A stretch of DNA of 64,000 nucleotides from Candidatus Bathyarchaeota archaeon (GCA_963768425.1 CAVYHV010000030.1:64001-128000), one strand, 5' to 3'; counted from the first letter of the stretch, positions 1-11,161 are shown. Notes: generated from the letters alone by a model not told the origin. Made by a program: numbers and translations.

Positions 1-632
1 GCTTTGACGGGGTTTGTTTCTGGATTGTTAGTGTTGCTGTTTGCGGAGACCGTCTGGTTAGCGCCGTTTCCGAAGTCCCACACGTACTCACATATGATTA
101 CGTTGTTTGCTGAGGGTGCTTCGAGGTAACCGCCGGTGAAGTATGCTGCAGTGTTCACCGTTACTATTGGTTCGTTTGGATTCAACGTGGTGTTCATTGA
201 AATTACAGGGACTGATATTACCGGGGCGTTTGAGGAACTGATCGAAGGCGATATCTGAATCGTGCTCACGGCGTTATTTGTAGAAGCGACAACGTTGCCT
301 CCTGCTGTCTCCTGAGCTGTCACGAAAAATGTTCCACCGTATTGATAGGTGTGACTTGCCGTTGGCGAACTTGCGGTCAATCCAGTTGCGGATTGTCCGT
401 CTCCGAAGTAGATTGTGGCTTGTCCGTTTGATGCAAAGTTAGATAGAGTAAAGGTTATGGCTGTGCCTTGAGTTGTAGACGATGCGCTGGCTTTCAGCGT
501 AAACCCACTACTGCTGCTGCTGCTTGTCGACTTCGTGGATTCATAGTAATATACTCCTGCTCCTATTGCTACGATCAAAATTACAACCAGAATAATTGCC
601 CAAATCGCTTTTCCCAATGCTCTTTTAGACAT
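1..632 (-). CDS. Membrane-anchored PKD-domain protein, possibly an ABC-transporter substrate-binding protein (5' part only; runs off window)
   Basis: Read by hand from ATG at 632: MSKRALGKAIWAIILVVILIVAIG (TM), Ser-rich linker, PKD-like motifs IYFGDG..SHTY and YVWDFGNG. Not in the ORF track because it is truncated by the window edge. Confidence 0.7.
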   Translation of the reverse strand, partial: MSKRALGKAIWAIILVVILIVAIGAGVYYYESTKSTSSSSSSGFTLKASASSTTQGTAITFTLSNFASNGQATIYFGDGQSATGLTASSPTASHTYQYGGTFFVTAQETAGGNVVASTNNAVSTIQISPSISSSNAPVISVPVISMNTTLNPNEPIVTVNTAAYFTGGYLEAPSANNVIICEYVWDFGNGANQTVSANSNTNNPETNPVK

Positions 633-1044
633 GTGTTTTCCCCTTTCGCTGATTTTTCTTATTAAAGTTATTTTGGTGAAAGGTATTTTACCTTTCAATA
701 TTTAACATTTGCGCTAACTCGCATATGCCAAAAAATTACTGAAAAAATATTTTACATTGACATTTTTATGTTTAATGAATTTGTATTCGATTGAACTTTA
801 TTCAGGAATTTTGCAAAATTTGACATCGCAATGTGGCCTGCTAAATTTCAATCAACTAAACCAGCCTTGCTTCTCAATAAGGAACTTAGCGTTCAAAAAG
901 TGAGAGCCAAATGGAATTTTATGCCTTGCCATTTACTTGAGCCTAAAAATGAAACCCGCATTCAATAAGGTCGACTGCTTAGTCAACAGCAAAATAGTTT
1001 GATGCACGACATCGGCGGTTTCGCAGGAGGCAAGACAAAAATAT

Positions 1045-1284
1045 TTAATCGATTATTTCGCCAACTCCGGCTTTTTCACCGACTTGGGTCACCTTTATTT
1101 TCACGCGGTCTCTCGGCTTGGCTTTCGGCACCGTAATAATGTAGCCTTGAATTATTGACATTCCGTCTCCACTTGGACAAACATCGGTAATGTTCACTTC
1201 CAATTCGTCACCCAAGGCAACTGGGGGTTTCTTCTCAACGTGTTTAATCTTGAATTTTCCCCCTCGAACCCTTCTATGGACCAT
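1045..1284 (-). CDS. Single TRAM-domain RNA-binding protein
   Basis: PPV..GDELEVNITD...GDG..IIQGYIITVP.AKP.DRVKIKVT.V matches the archaeal stand-alone TRAM pattern. Confidence 0.85.
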   Translation of the reverse strand: MVHRRVRGGKFKIKHVEKKPPVALGDELEVNITDVCPSGDGMSIIQGYIITVPKAKPRDRVKIKVTQVGEKAGVGEIID

Positions 1285-1731
1285 GCAGAAACCTTGCCTT
1301 GTTCTGTGTAAACAAAGTTAACCGCTTAAGTCTTACGCAACTCATTCTTTATTTGTCACAGTGTTCGTGGGCTGCATGTTAGTTATTTTAAATTGTGTTA
1401 AATTTTTTGGGTTAATGAGGATTGGGTATCCAGTTTTAAAAAGTAAGCAAAAGAGGGATGTGTTCCCTCTTGGCTGGGAGGAAACTTCCTCCGTTTTTTA
1501 GTTAGGAGCTCTCCTTTCTCCTTAAAAAAAATATGTTCATTCATCGCTTAAAAGGCATATTTCATTATCAGGAATATATCCAGAGATTACCTTGTAAAGG
1601 CTAGCCAAATTAAAGGATTGAGCTGCTATATTCTGCCCAAAACTTGGGAGCAAGAAGGAAACTAAGGATAAAAAAGTCTTAAATCTGAATAGCGTAGAAA
1701 TAGATCTAACGCATATTTGATGGTGAATTAA

Positions 1732-2208
1732 TTGCTTGTGAGAATGGCGGCTCCTGAAGATTCAGAGCGTATGGCTCGAATTTAACAACGAACTTAGCCC
1801 TTTGCCACGTTTCTTATCACTCTGATATACGAAGTTAAAGAAAACGTGTCCGAGCTGTGCTTGTCTATATAAAGGATAAAATCGAAAAGTCAATATCAGG
1901 AGACGGGCTTGTGCTCGTTGCCCAAGACAAAGGCATAGTTGGTTATTTGAGTTGTTCAGCATCACAGAGCAACTAATCCGAATAGGGAAATTCACAAGAC
2001 TGGTCATATAGGAGGCAGTGTATGTAATTCAGAATATCGTCGTCGGGGAATCGCTGCGGCACTCATGAAGGAAGCTTTGAAATGGATGAAAAACCGTGAA
2101 GTTGAATACGTTGACCTGAACGTTGATGTCCAAAACACCGCAGCTGTTGCAGCATGGACTGCTTTGGGGTTCAAGCCGCACCAGTACAACCTCATCCGAA
2201 AATTATAA
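1732..2208 (+). pseudogene. Disrupted GNAT acetyltransferase
   Basis: 3' frame reads EYRRRGIAAALMKEALKWMK..VEYVDLNVDVQNTAAVAAWTALGF (GNAT motifs A and B). The 5' part has in-frame stops and shifts. Confidence 0.7.
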
Positions 2209-2348
2209 GCATCTGACTCATGAGCTTTTGAGTTGTTTAGGAAAACTTTTAGGAGAAACTAGCATTAACCCTTCATAATGAGAATCGAAGTCGAAAATCA
2301 CTTCTGAACCTCAAAAATAAGAAATCATGAAAAACATTGGGGTGTCGG

Positions 2349-2876
2349 ATGGTTTATAAGATTTTCAAATTCAAGGACGGAAGAACAGCGACGCTTGATT
2401 GGTTAGAAGAAGACGACTTACCAGAACTTGTGGACGCACTTAACGGTGTAATCCGCGAAGACAAATTTCTCTTGGTGAACACCGTGATAACCGGCATGGA
2501 AGAAGAACGAGAGTGGTTCGAGCGAAGTACGAAAGCAGGCATGCATTACTTAGTAGCCAGGGTCGATGGCAAAGTCGTCGGGGGTGCAAGTATTCACCCT
2601 TTCACTGGCAAACGCTCGCACGTTGCCGAATTCGGTATTTTCATACGCGATGGCTATCGCAACATGGGCTTAGGAACAGAACTAACGAAGACTTTTATCG
2701 AAATTGCCCGCAAAAGCCGGTTCGAAATCATTCAGCTTTCCGTCTACACAACAAATGAACGAGCGTTTCATGTTTACAAGAAATGCGGTTTCAAAGAATG
2801 TGGCAAACTTACGCATGATGTTAAATTTGCAGATGGAACTTACGCTGACAGAATATTGATGGAGTTACCCTTGTAA
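2349..2876 (+). CDS. GNAT N-acetyltransferase
   Basis: YRNMGLGT motif A, N.RAFHVYKKCGF motif B; likely start MVYKIF at 2349. Confidence 0.9.
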   Translation: MVYKIFKFKDGRTATLDWLEEDDLPELVDALNGVIREDKFLLVNTVITGMEEEREWFERSTKAGMHYLVARVDGKVVGGASIHPFTGKRSHVAEFGIFIRDGYRNMGLGTELTKTFIEIARKSRFEIIQLSVYTTNERAFHVYKKCGFKECGKLTHDVKFADGTYADRILMELPL

Positions 2877-2942
2877 ATACTGAATTTGACGCTGATTTCA
2901 ACTGCTGTGTAGATTGGTCTGCTGACAGAGCAATAGAAATTT

Positions 2943-3437
2943 TTAACCTTTCGCTGTTTGCTTCAACACAGTTTTCCTAGTAAAAAAACCATAACGATTA
3001 TAGAAACCAAAAGCCTGTTCGTTTCCAGCAGCAACCTCTACTATTTTGGCTACTGTACCATTCTCATCCATCCAAGCCAAAACCCTTCTCATAAGATTAT
3101 CCCCAACACCCAAACCTCTATAATTGGAAGCAACAAATAACGATTCAATTTCACCTGTCTTGTCCTCATCAATGCTGCTTACACAGTACCCGACGTTCTT
3201 GCCTGTCATAACATCTGAACCAATATCCACTCTTAATTCGGCGCTCGCGGCTTTTTTTAGCCAATAAGCCTTCCTTTTTTCAAAAGTCATTTCAGCATAA
3301 TCCTGTTTGAAACATGGGGATAACTCAAGATGATGTTGATTCAAACTTTGCCAAAGCGACCTAATACCATCTAGCAAAGCTTCATTGCCACAACCGTACC
3401 GTATTTTGGGCTTATTCTGCATGTCTTCACTTACCAA
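2943..3437 (-). CDS. GNAT N-acetyltransferase
   Basis: EIESLFV...YRGLGVG, GNEQAFGFYNRYGF. Confidence 0.9.
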   Translation of the reverse strand: MVSEDMQNKPKIRYGCGNEALLDGIRSLWQSLNQHHLELSPCFKQDYAEMTFEKRKAYWLKKAASAELRVDIGSDVMTGKNVGYCVSSIDEDKTGEIESLFVASNYRGLGVGDNLMRRVLAWMDENGTVAKIVEVAAGNEQAFGFYNRYGFFTRKTVLKQTAKG

Positions 3438-3457
3438 CGAGTAGTGATTGTAGGAAA

Positions 3458-4018
3458 CTATTGTCCTTTAGCGGTTTTTGTCAGTATTTTTGGTTCTTTC
3501 CATTCTTCTCTGAGAATGCTGTACAAAATAGAGTCTCTGAGTTGTCCTCTGAGGAAAAAGGGTTTGCGAATTGTTCCCTCCATCTTGAAACCTGCTTTTT
3601 CCAAAACCTTCTGTGAACCAACGTTTTTCACATCAGTTTGGGCTTGTATGCGCCCTATACTGTTTGAAAGAAACAAGTAGTCCACCATAATGTTGACGGC
3701 TTCTGTGCAGTAGCCTTTGCCTCTTTCAGTGGGAACCATGAAATAACCTATTTCCAATTGGTTTCCCGCAGGATGAATTACGTTGAAATGCCACATGCCA
3801 CCAATTCTGCGTCCATCTTTATCTTCAATGAAGAATTCGGTTTCTTGAAACTTCTTTTCTCCATAATTCTTCTCCATCTCTGTTCTGGACATCTGCATAA
3901 GAGGATTGTATTTACCGAAAACCTCAGGGTTGTTATACCATTCTGCGAGAAACGCCAAATCCTCTTTCTCGACAACTCTCAGATTCACATTTTTGCCTTC
4001 AAGCAACCTGAACACCAA
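3458..4018 (-). CDS. GNAT acetyltransferase, RimJ/RimL type
   Basis: LEIGY..ERGKGYCTEA, NVGSQKVLEKAGFKMEG, YSILREEW. Confidence 0.9.
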   Translation of the reverse strand: MVFRLLEGKNVNLRVVEKEDLAFLAEWYNNPEVFGKYNPLMQMSRTEMEKNYGEKKFQETEFFIEDKDGRRIGGMWHFNVIHPAGNQLEIGYFMVPTERGKGYCTEAVNIMVDYLFLSNSIGRIQAQTDVKNVGSQKVLEKAGFKMEGTIRKPFFLRGQLRDSILYSILREEWKEPKILTKTAKGQ

Positions 4019-4271
4019 TTCAAAATAGTTAAGTCGGTTCAGCTATAACTTTTTCGCAATGAGAGTTGACTGCTATCTGACGCTATTTCTCTTTGCTAAT
4101 GAAGCCGACTGAAACGTCTCCTTGCACTAAAATGGATTTTGTAACTATGAAAACTGGGTACCTGAGTTTATCGCAGACTTCCAAAATATTCAGGAAACAC
4201 AAGCTTTAACGACTTAAAAAACCAAAAAACATCTCTGCCGGGTGGCACTCCCCATGGTTTTACTTATAGCA

Positions 4272-4298
4272 GTGCAAGAGATGAGATTTGCACCCTCA
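4272..4298 (-). repeat. Degenerate tRNA-Leu 3'-end scar
   Basis: gtgcaagagatgagatttgcaccctca aligns to gtgcagggggtgggatttgaacccacg at 12813 (20 of 27 by hand). Confidence 0.5.
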
Positions 4299-4368
4299 CT
4301 GCAGTGGAAATACGGTCGCTTCTCATCATATTCAAAAGCAATGGTTAGGAACGATCTCTTTATTGGAG

Positions 4369-4908
4369 TTAAGGCAAAAGAAGCTCCATCAAAATCCTGT
4401 CGGCGTAAGTTCCATCTATAAACTTAACATCATGCGTTAGTTTGCCACATTCTTTGAAACCGCATTTTTGGTAGACATGAACAGCCCGCTTGTTAGTTGA
4501 AAATGCAGATATTTGAATAATCTTAACACCGCTTTTTCTTGCAACATCTATGAGTTCATTTATCAGTATTGTCCCAAGCCCGCAGTTACGGAAGCCTTTT
4601 GCAATATAAATTGCGAATTCGGCGACATGCGCTTGCTTACCTTTGAAGACCGACATGCTTGCTGCTCCAATTATTTTGCCGTCTACTTTGGCAACGAGAT
4701 CGCGCATTCCAGCTGCTCTGCTTTTCTCAAACCACTCTGGTTCGGAGTCAAGATCGGTTATTTCTTGATCCATTAATAGATAGGTTTTTTCTCTAACTAC
4801 GCTGTTTAGAACCTCAACAAGCTCAAGCAGGTCTGTCGCTTCCAGCCAACTCAAAGAAGCCGCTTGCCCGTTGTTCAAGGTCACAGTCTTAAACTGCAAA
4901 CGAATCAC
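4369..4908 (-). CDS. GNAT N-acetyltransferase, paralog of 2349..2876
   Basis: C-terminus KCGFKECGKLTHDVKF.DGTYADRILMEL is shared with the 2349 gene. Confidence 0.9.
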   Translation of the reverse strand: MIRLQFKTVTLNNGQAASLSWLEATDLLELVEVLNSVVREKTYLLMDQEITDLDSEPEWFEKSRAAGMRDLVAKVDGKIIGAASMSVFKGKQAHVAEFAIYIAKGFRNCGLGTILINELIDVARKSGVKIIQISAFSTNKRAVHVYQKCGFKECGKLTHDVKFIDGTYADRILMELLLP

Positions 4909-5034
4909 TCCTTTACCTCTTGGAGTAATTTACTGATAAAACCTCCTATAACTACTCAATGTTCGGTAAACATTCTGGTTAATCCAAAAAACTGTTAGCG
5001 CCTAACGTATAGAGAATTGTTAGAAGAGCTCTGA

Positions 5035-5394
5035 TTAAAAGTTGTTTTTTAAATTATTTTTTTGTTTTTCTTTCTTTGAATCTTCGGCTATCTTCATTTT
5101 GGCAAGTTCAGGCTTTTGAATGTGCAAAATTATTGCGTTCGCGTGACCGCGTCCTAGCCCGAAGTCCCCCTTGAGCCAGGCAAGTAGCTCACCATATTTT
5201 CCTAGATCCTTCTCCTTTGCCAACGTTTGGAAATACTCTGGGTCCTTGCCAGTCTTAGCCTTGACATTATCTATGTAGGCTTTGTACGTCACAGTTTTCA
5301 CGCAGGAAATATGGTTGAAAGGGCTGCTTAAAAAATTTGTCAATTTAGCATTTCCGATTTCTGCAATAAACAAGGGTTTGCGAAACCAACCCAT
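5035..5394 (-). CDS. DUF4287-like protein (true start probably near 5292)
   Basis: YKAYIDNVKAKTGK...LLAWLKGDFGLGRGHANAI. Confidence 0.7.
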   Translation of the reverse strand: MGWFRKPLFIAEIGNAKLTNFLSSPFNHISCVKTVTYKAYIDNVKAKTGKDPEYFQTLAKEKDLGKYGELLAWLKGDFGLGRGHANAIILHIQKPELAKMKIAEDSKKEKQKNNLKNNF

Positions 5395-5449
5395 GAAAGC
5401 GTGTCATCCGTTTTTCGTATTTCAGATCGAAGAAAGTGAAGTCCGATTT

Positions 5450-5475
5450 TGGAGGAAGGGTGTGGATTTGAACCC
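5450..5475 (-). repeat. Degenerate tRNA 3'-end scar
   Basis: tggaggaagggtgtggatttgaaccc keeps the T-arm complement ggatttgaaccc. Confidence 0.45.
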
Positions 5476-5523
5476 TAGGAAGCGGAAAGATTTTGGTCCA
5501 GTTTGATTTGAATGATGAGCATA

Positions 5524-6631
5524 CTATAGTTTTTTGAAGTCTTCCAATGCGTCCTTGAGATCCATTGCTGCGTTGAAAGATAGATCATCAGTGTCATATT
5601 CAATTCTTCTTAGACCCTTAAGATTTAGAGGCAGATCTATTTTTCTCTCAACTAACAAAACAACTTGCTTACTATATTTCAGATAAGCTGCATCGATTTC
5701 AGAGGTGACATTTGAATTTATGATGTAAAGTCCACTGTACCTTCTCTCCTGTTCAGCGGCAGCGATATTTATTATTGCACAATCACAGTCCTCCATAACT
5801 CCAAATTTATTGTTAGGAATTGGCACAGTTGTTTCTTCTTTATCACCCATTACATAGTCGTAATGAAGAAAATCTAACATTTTCATTATTTGGTCAGAGA
5901 CTTGGGTTTTGCTGTTAGATATGAAGACCCGAGGTTTCAGTTCTTCTTTTTGGGGCTCATTTGGCGTTCTTTCAGTAAAAGTCGCTGTTTTTGTGACTTG
6001 GTCGTCTGGCATATATGCAGGTGCAATGTCAAACGTAACCTGTAAACGGGCAAGGTCTCTGAATTCGATCAGCATAGCGCTTATTCACTAGTTCATTTAC
6101 GCGTAGTAACTCAAGTTCAATTTCATTATCCATAGCCATTATTTTTCCCTCAGGGGCATCGTTATCATAATCGAATGCTACAATTGTGCCCTTTTGTGCT
6201 CTTCCCTTTATTAACACTTTAACAAAAGCTTCAACCTCGGCCAAGCTGACAGGATCAGATTGTTTAATCAAAAGAGGTTGACCTCCCTCGGTAAACCCAT
6301 TTACTCCCGAAGATGGGTCGCTTGGCTTACCGTTGAATTTTTTGATTACCCACGCTTCGAAGTCACGGGGTGAAATTCTGCTGAGGCTCTTTTCATTCAC
6401 CCGCTTCTTTAAAACAAATACAGACGTGACTCCAACAGCAACTGCTACAACCGCTACGATTCCAACGATAAGGAATAAGGCATTGGAACCTCCAAATATT
6501 GATGCTTTGGTTGGGGTTGGCGGTGTTGTAGAGATTGGTGTTGATGTTTGACAATAAGATATTTGTGAAAAGACAATAACTGAAAAAAGAAAACACGTTA
6601 CAAAAATGGCTAAGAGCAATTTTTTATTCAT
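5524..6631 (-). CDS. Membrane-anchored protein with degenerate Mrr-like domain and C-terminal CAP12/Pycsar-type TIR-like domain (split near 6050)
   Basis: Signal peptide, TM, ISPRDFEAWV...LLIKQS..VS..EVEAF (Mrr-like). The overlapping ORF has RVFIS...CDCAII...NSNVTSEIDAA...LPLNLKGLRRIEY (TIR-like). Confidence 0.6.
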
Positions 6632-6862
6632 ATTTTTGCATCCCCTAATATGGATAGTGGTTAACTCCTGACCATAGGTAAATGCCTACAGTGATTGGAA
6701 AGTTATTGGCATATCGCCTTAAAAAACTATTGAAAAGAAACTTGTGTCTCAAACTCACTTGTTAATGTTCGTCATCAATTTCTTGTTTACAAAAATAATG
6801 AGAGCATGGATAAGGATGCGTCTGTTTCTGCGGAAATATGCCTTTTACATTTTTGCTTATGT

Positions 6863-6903
6863 TGGTGCAGCGAGTGGGATTTGAGCCCATGAACCCTGCG
6901 GAT
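6863..6903 (-). repeat. tRNA-Leu-like 3'-half scar
   Basis: tggtgcagcgagtgggatttgagcccatgaaccctgcggat resembles the tRNA-Leu 3' half at 12813-12855. Confidence 0.7.
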
Positions 6904-7046
6904 GGCCGCCAGTACAAAAATACTGGATGAAACGGCTCACAAAGTGGGGGTTCTTTTCATAAAAGATTTACATTTGTTCACCGATAAATACAAACAGGCG
7001 CTTGAATGGCTGAAACGTTTTCGGTTTCAAAGCTAAAGCTTAGCTG

Positions 7047-8343
7047 TTGGACAAATCAAAAGGAGATGACTTAGCTTTGACAGAACCAAAATCGAAAGGG
7101 ACCAAGGGTCCTCTTCGAGTGCTCCGAAACCGCAACTTTACTCTTCTTTTCTATGCGGGCGCCGCTTCCACCGGGGGCTTTTCCCTTGGACAGGTGGCCC
7201 TTACATGGCTGGTATACGTCACGACTGGTTCGGCGCTTGATGTCGCCTACGTTGCTCTGTCAAGTACGGTAGCATCTGTTCTACTCAGCGTGATCGGCGG
7301 TACCTTGGTTGATAGACAGAACCGTAAATGGCTGATGATACTCTCTGATTTGCTAAGAGCCCTTGGGCTTGTAGTACTCGCGGTGTATCTATATTTTGCA
7401 GGATTCAGCTTGCCCCTTGTACTGGTAGTCTCCTTTGTTCTGGGCACTTTCTCAACAATTTTTAACCCCGCGCAGAGAGCAGTGATTCCATCGATTCTTA
7501 AATCTGATGAAGTTGCTGACGCTAATGGTCTAGTGCAGGTTGCAAATTCGGTCTTCCAATCTGTAGCAAGCGCGGCTGGCGGTGCTATAGTGGCGACAAT
7601 AGGCGCTGTGGCCGCTTTAGGGATTAACGCGACAACATTCGCCATCTCTGCTGTGCTTACTATGTCTATGACTCTTGGTGCTCTTGTGAAACCCAGTCTG
7701 ACAGCGCTTTAATGGAGAAGTTCGCAAAGGTTTTGTTTCTGACGCCGCCGACGGAGTCAAATACATAACTTCTAACAAGGGACTGCTTTATCTGACTGTT
7801 TCAGCCGGATTTATCAACCTATTCTTCGCCATGATAATACCATTTGTTGTAGTCTACGCCACCAATGTGCTGAACGGCGGCGTGGCTGTTTATGGCTCCT
7901 TGCTTGCTGCTTTTGCAGTAGGGATGGCGCCTGGCGCGCTTCTTGTGGGAAGAACCAAGGCGGTTGCTTATGCAGGCATTGTCTGGGGAGCCACTGGACT
8001 CTTGGCGGGAGCGGCAATGCTTTTGTCAGCGTTCACTCGAAGTTTCATCGTTGCGTTTGTGCTATTTCTCGTCGTCGGGGTCATTTCTGGATATGCAAAC
8101 GTAACTTGGCTCTCTGCAGTTCAGCTCATTGTGCCCTCCGAGATGCAGGGCAGGTACTTCGGTGTTGACCAACTGGGGAGTTTTGCGGTTATGCCAGTCG
8201 GGCAAGTTTTGGGTGCCTTTATAATCCAAAGCATGAGTGTTAAGACCGACTTTATAGTCGCTGCTGTAGGGATATCTGTAATTTCCCTTGTGTTCCTCTT
8301 ATCGAAGGATATGCGGGCGGTTGGCTACTCAGCAGAGAAATAA
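7047..8343 (+). CDS. MFS transporter (MFS_3/macrolide-efflux-like), split by an indel near 7700
   Basis: LRNRNFTLL, GTLVDRQNRKWLMILSDLLR, VPSEMQGRYFG; the two ORFs are the N- and C-terminal halves. Confidence 0.85.
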
Positions 8344-8382
8344 AGAAAACTAATGTGGGTAGGTAAATTGAGGTTGAATTAG

Positions 8383-9237
8383 ATGAATGCGAAGGGAAAA
8401 GTGGAGGCGTTTTCTGACTTGCTCAAACCAGAGCTCCCATTAGCAGCGGGCATTTGCGTGATAGCTGGCGAAATCATTTCGTCTGGTAACCTGCCAACAT
8501 TTGCTCAGCTACTTCTAGGTTTTCTAACAGGCTTCTTTATTTCAGGAACAGCCATGATTACTAATGATTACTTCGACTTATCTGTAGACAAAATCAACCA
8601 CCCTGACAGGCCGCTGCCATCGGGGCGAATCACTGTTTTTGAGCTAACCCTAGTTGAAGGCTTGTTTTCTTTTGCTGGGTTTCTAGCGGCTGCACTCTTG
8701 AATTTAACCCTGCTCATTGTAGCTTTAGTCATATGGACAATCGGTCTCCTTTACAATTGGCGGATTAAGGAAACAGGGCTGCTTGGAAATATGATAGTTG
8801 CTTTTTCAGTGGCCAGCACTTTTGTTTTCGGAGGGCTGGTGGTAGGCGGTTTGTTTAGTGGTATTGTTTGGACTTTTGGTAGTTTAGCGTTCTTGTTCGA
8901 TTTAGGCGAGGAGATTGCCGGCGGTGCCATGGACATTGAAGGCGACAAGCTACGGCATGCTCGAAGTCTAGCCATTCTTAAAGGAAGGAATTTCGCTTTG
9001 CGGGTTTCGGGTTTGCTGTTCGCTGCCTTTGTAAGTTTGAGTTTTCTTCCTTTTTTAGCAGGTTGGCTGGGCAATCTTTATCTTGCTTTAGTGGCAGCCT
9101 CGGATCTAGGTGTTGTTTACTTCACTTTTAGGTTGTTAACAAGCCAGACCCCGCGAGAAGGAAGAAAAAGAATCCGCGAACTCTACCTCACGCTAACAAT
9201 CGCTGTCATAGCTATTGTCATTAGTCGGTTGATTTAA
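8383..9237 (+). CDS. UbiA prenyltransferase, digeranylgeranylglyceryl-phosphate synthase-like
   Basis: NDYFDLSVDKINHPDRPLPSG and EIA...DIEGD motifs; multiple TM helices. Confidence 0.85.
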   Translation: MNAKGKVEAFSDLLKPELPLAAGICVIAGEIISSGNLPTFAQLLLGFLTGFFISGTAMITNDYFDLSVDKINHPDRPLPSGRITVFELTLVEGLFSFAGFLAAALLNLTLLIVALVIWTIGLLYNWRIKETGLLGNMIVAFSVASTFVFGGLVVGGLFSGIVWTFGSLAFLFDLGEEIAGGAMDIEGDKLRHARSLAILKGRNFALRVSGLLFAAFVSLSFLPFLAGWLGNLYLALVAASDLGVVYFTFRLLTSQTPREGRKRIRELYLTLTIAVIAIVISRLI

Positions 9238-9407
9238 GGAGAGGACCTTGGGCGATATCGAACCGTATTGTTTATCTGGAGGTTTAAGCCCAACCAAAGT
9301 GAATTACCCTACATTTTATTTGCTAAGAAGCAGGAAATAGCAAGAAACAAGCAGAAAACACGCAAAAAGTGCTGGGAGTGGAGCTTCATGTTGTTTCTAT
9401 GCTCTCT

Positions 9408-9892
9408 TTATCGGGCATTTCTTTTCCAAGACATTTTAGGAACTATTGAATTAACGGCATTTTTATAATCTAAATAAACTTTTCCAAACTCTTGTTCTAA
9501 GTACCGCTCTTCCTCAATTATTAGCCTCTTAATCAATACATACATTATGAAGGGCATTATCATCAAGAATAAAACTCCAGTAGCCAAGAACAAACCTGGC
9601 ACAATGAATAAGATCCAAGCAGCATAAACTGGATTTTTGAGTGTAAGCGTATATTCCACCTGTGATGAGCCTTCCATGGTTGAAAGCTTGATGTACTTGA
9701 AAGGTTGCTAAAAACATCAAGTAGAGACCAAACGCAACAACGCCGATTCCGAACCAAAACCTAAATTCATTAAAAGTAAAAACTAATTTTGGGAAAAAAT
9801 AATAATTAGCAAAAATCAGTAAAAGACCCAGTACTAAAGATATGATTGCGAATTTTGGCCGACACCCCAACTCGTCATCCTATTTGGTTCAT
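9408..9892 (-). CDS. Isoprenylcysteine carboxylmethyltransferase-family membrane protein (frameshifted)
   Basis: LITGGIYAY / KNPVYA...EEERYLEQEFGKVYLDYK across two frames. Confidence 0.75.
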
Positions 9893-9923
9893 GCGTTGAC
9901 ATTACTTTGACTAATCTCTGTTT

Positions 9924-10334
9924 TTACGTGACTTCGTGCGCTACCCATTTCTCGTCTATCCAAAGACCGAGGGTTTCCGCCCTAAGACCCCATGACCGAA
10001 CTGTCCATATCGACTCTAGAATTTGTTTCATCTGCGTTGCTTTTTCTACAGGATTTCCGGCGCAGTCATGATGGCCAACAATTACGATATGAACCGAACC
10101 ATGTTTCCCTGTAGAGATTTCAACTCTTCGTTTGATAGATTCAACCGTCGGCTTATCGGTATTTTCAGCTAAAACCCTGATTGGGCCAGGCTCCGTGATC
10201 ATATCAACGTAGTCTACATTGTACTTTTTACGAATGTAGTCGATAACTGGAATCTGCGTTCGCCCATCCATGCAGTTAATAGCGGTAGCAAAACTTCCAT
10301 GGCTCATATACTTACTTCGCCTCACACATTCCAT
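9924..10334 (-). CDS. Putative beta-type carbonic anhydrase (likely start MSHGS)
   Basis: AINCMDGR and VGHHDCAGN Zn-ligand motifs. Confidence 0.75.
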   Translation of the reverse strand: MECVRRSKYMSHGSFATAINCMDGRTQIPVIDYIRKKYNVDYVDMITEPGPIRVLAENTDKPTVESIKRRVEISTGKHGSVHIVIVGHHDCAGNPVEKATQMKQILESIWTVRSWGLRAETLGLWIDEKWVAHEVT

Positions 10335-10396
10335 GGTTATTACTCAAGTTAAATTTAACGATCCAAAACCTCTTTTCTCCATGGAGTTTGTTATAA

Positions 10397-11098
10397 CTAT
10401 GGGATGGCAAAGTTGAAGGAAACAAAGCCGCCTTGTCCATAGGTAGAAAGCCAAAAAGTATAGTTTCCAGAAGGCAAAGTAGTGTTAAAGTCAAAAATCA
10501 GAGTCTGTTCATCTCCAGGCGGTAACCTGTAAAGAAAATTCATTGTCATATAATGATGCCCCATACCATCTAGCTCTGTAGACTCAACCCAGTCGCTATT
10601 AATTTGTGCCACAATGGTTTGATTGTAAGCTTTAACGAATGCTCTATCAAAATCAATCTCATAATAGTAAAAGGATTTCGCGTCAACTAAAAATGTGAGC
10701 GGATTAGTGCTGTCTACTCTAAAGTTGGTTATTGCGAGTTTCTCCGTTTGTTGGGAGGAGAGAACTAAAGATGATGAAAAAAGCGTGCCAAGAATTAACA
10801 ATGGAATTAGAACAACAGTTAGTATAGCAAAAACAGTCCTGTGCTTCTTGTGAGATTGCATGATAGTACCTATAGTCCCAACTACGAGAAGGGCTGTTCC
10901 AGCTATTATGGTGAAAAAGAAGAAAGAATCAAGTCTAGCCCAATCAAGATACGAGTCACCTAATAATATCTGTACTGACAGAAGCTTAGCCGACCATGTT
11001 TGTTCCCAATAGAAAACTATAAAGAAGATACCTATTAGGACAGCACCTAAAACTGCAAGAATACCGAACAAGAGCTTTGAATTTTTTAACATCAGCAA
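10397..11098 (-). CDS. Hypothetical membrane protein (3 TM plus extracellular domain)
   Basis: Long ORF with hydrophobic segments. Confidence 0.6.
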   Translation of the reverse strand: MLMLKNSKLLFGILAVLGAVLIGIFFIVFYWEQTWSAKLLSVQILLGDSYLDWARLDSFFFFTIIAGTALLVVGTIGTIMQSHKKHRTVFAILTVVLIPLLILGTLFSSSLVLSSQQTEKLAITNFRVDSTNPLTFLVDAKSFYYYEIDFDRAFVKAYNQTIVAQINSDWVESTELDGMGHHYMTMNFLYRLPPGDEQTLIFDFNTTLPSGNYTFWLSTYGQGGFVSFNFAIP

Positions 11099-11161
11099 AT
11101 TTTATCATAGAAGTCGATATAAATTTTCTGAAGTCTCGATTCAGTGACGATAAATGTGCTA

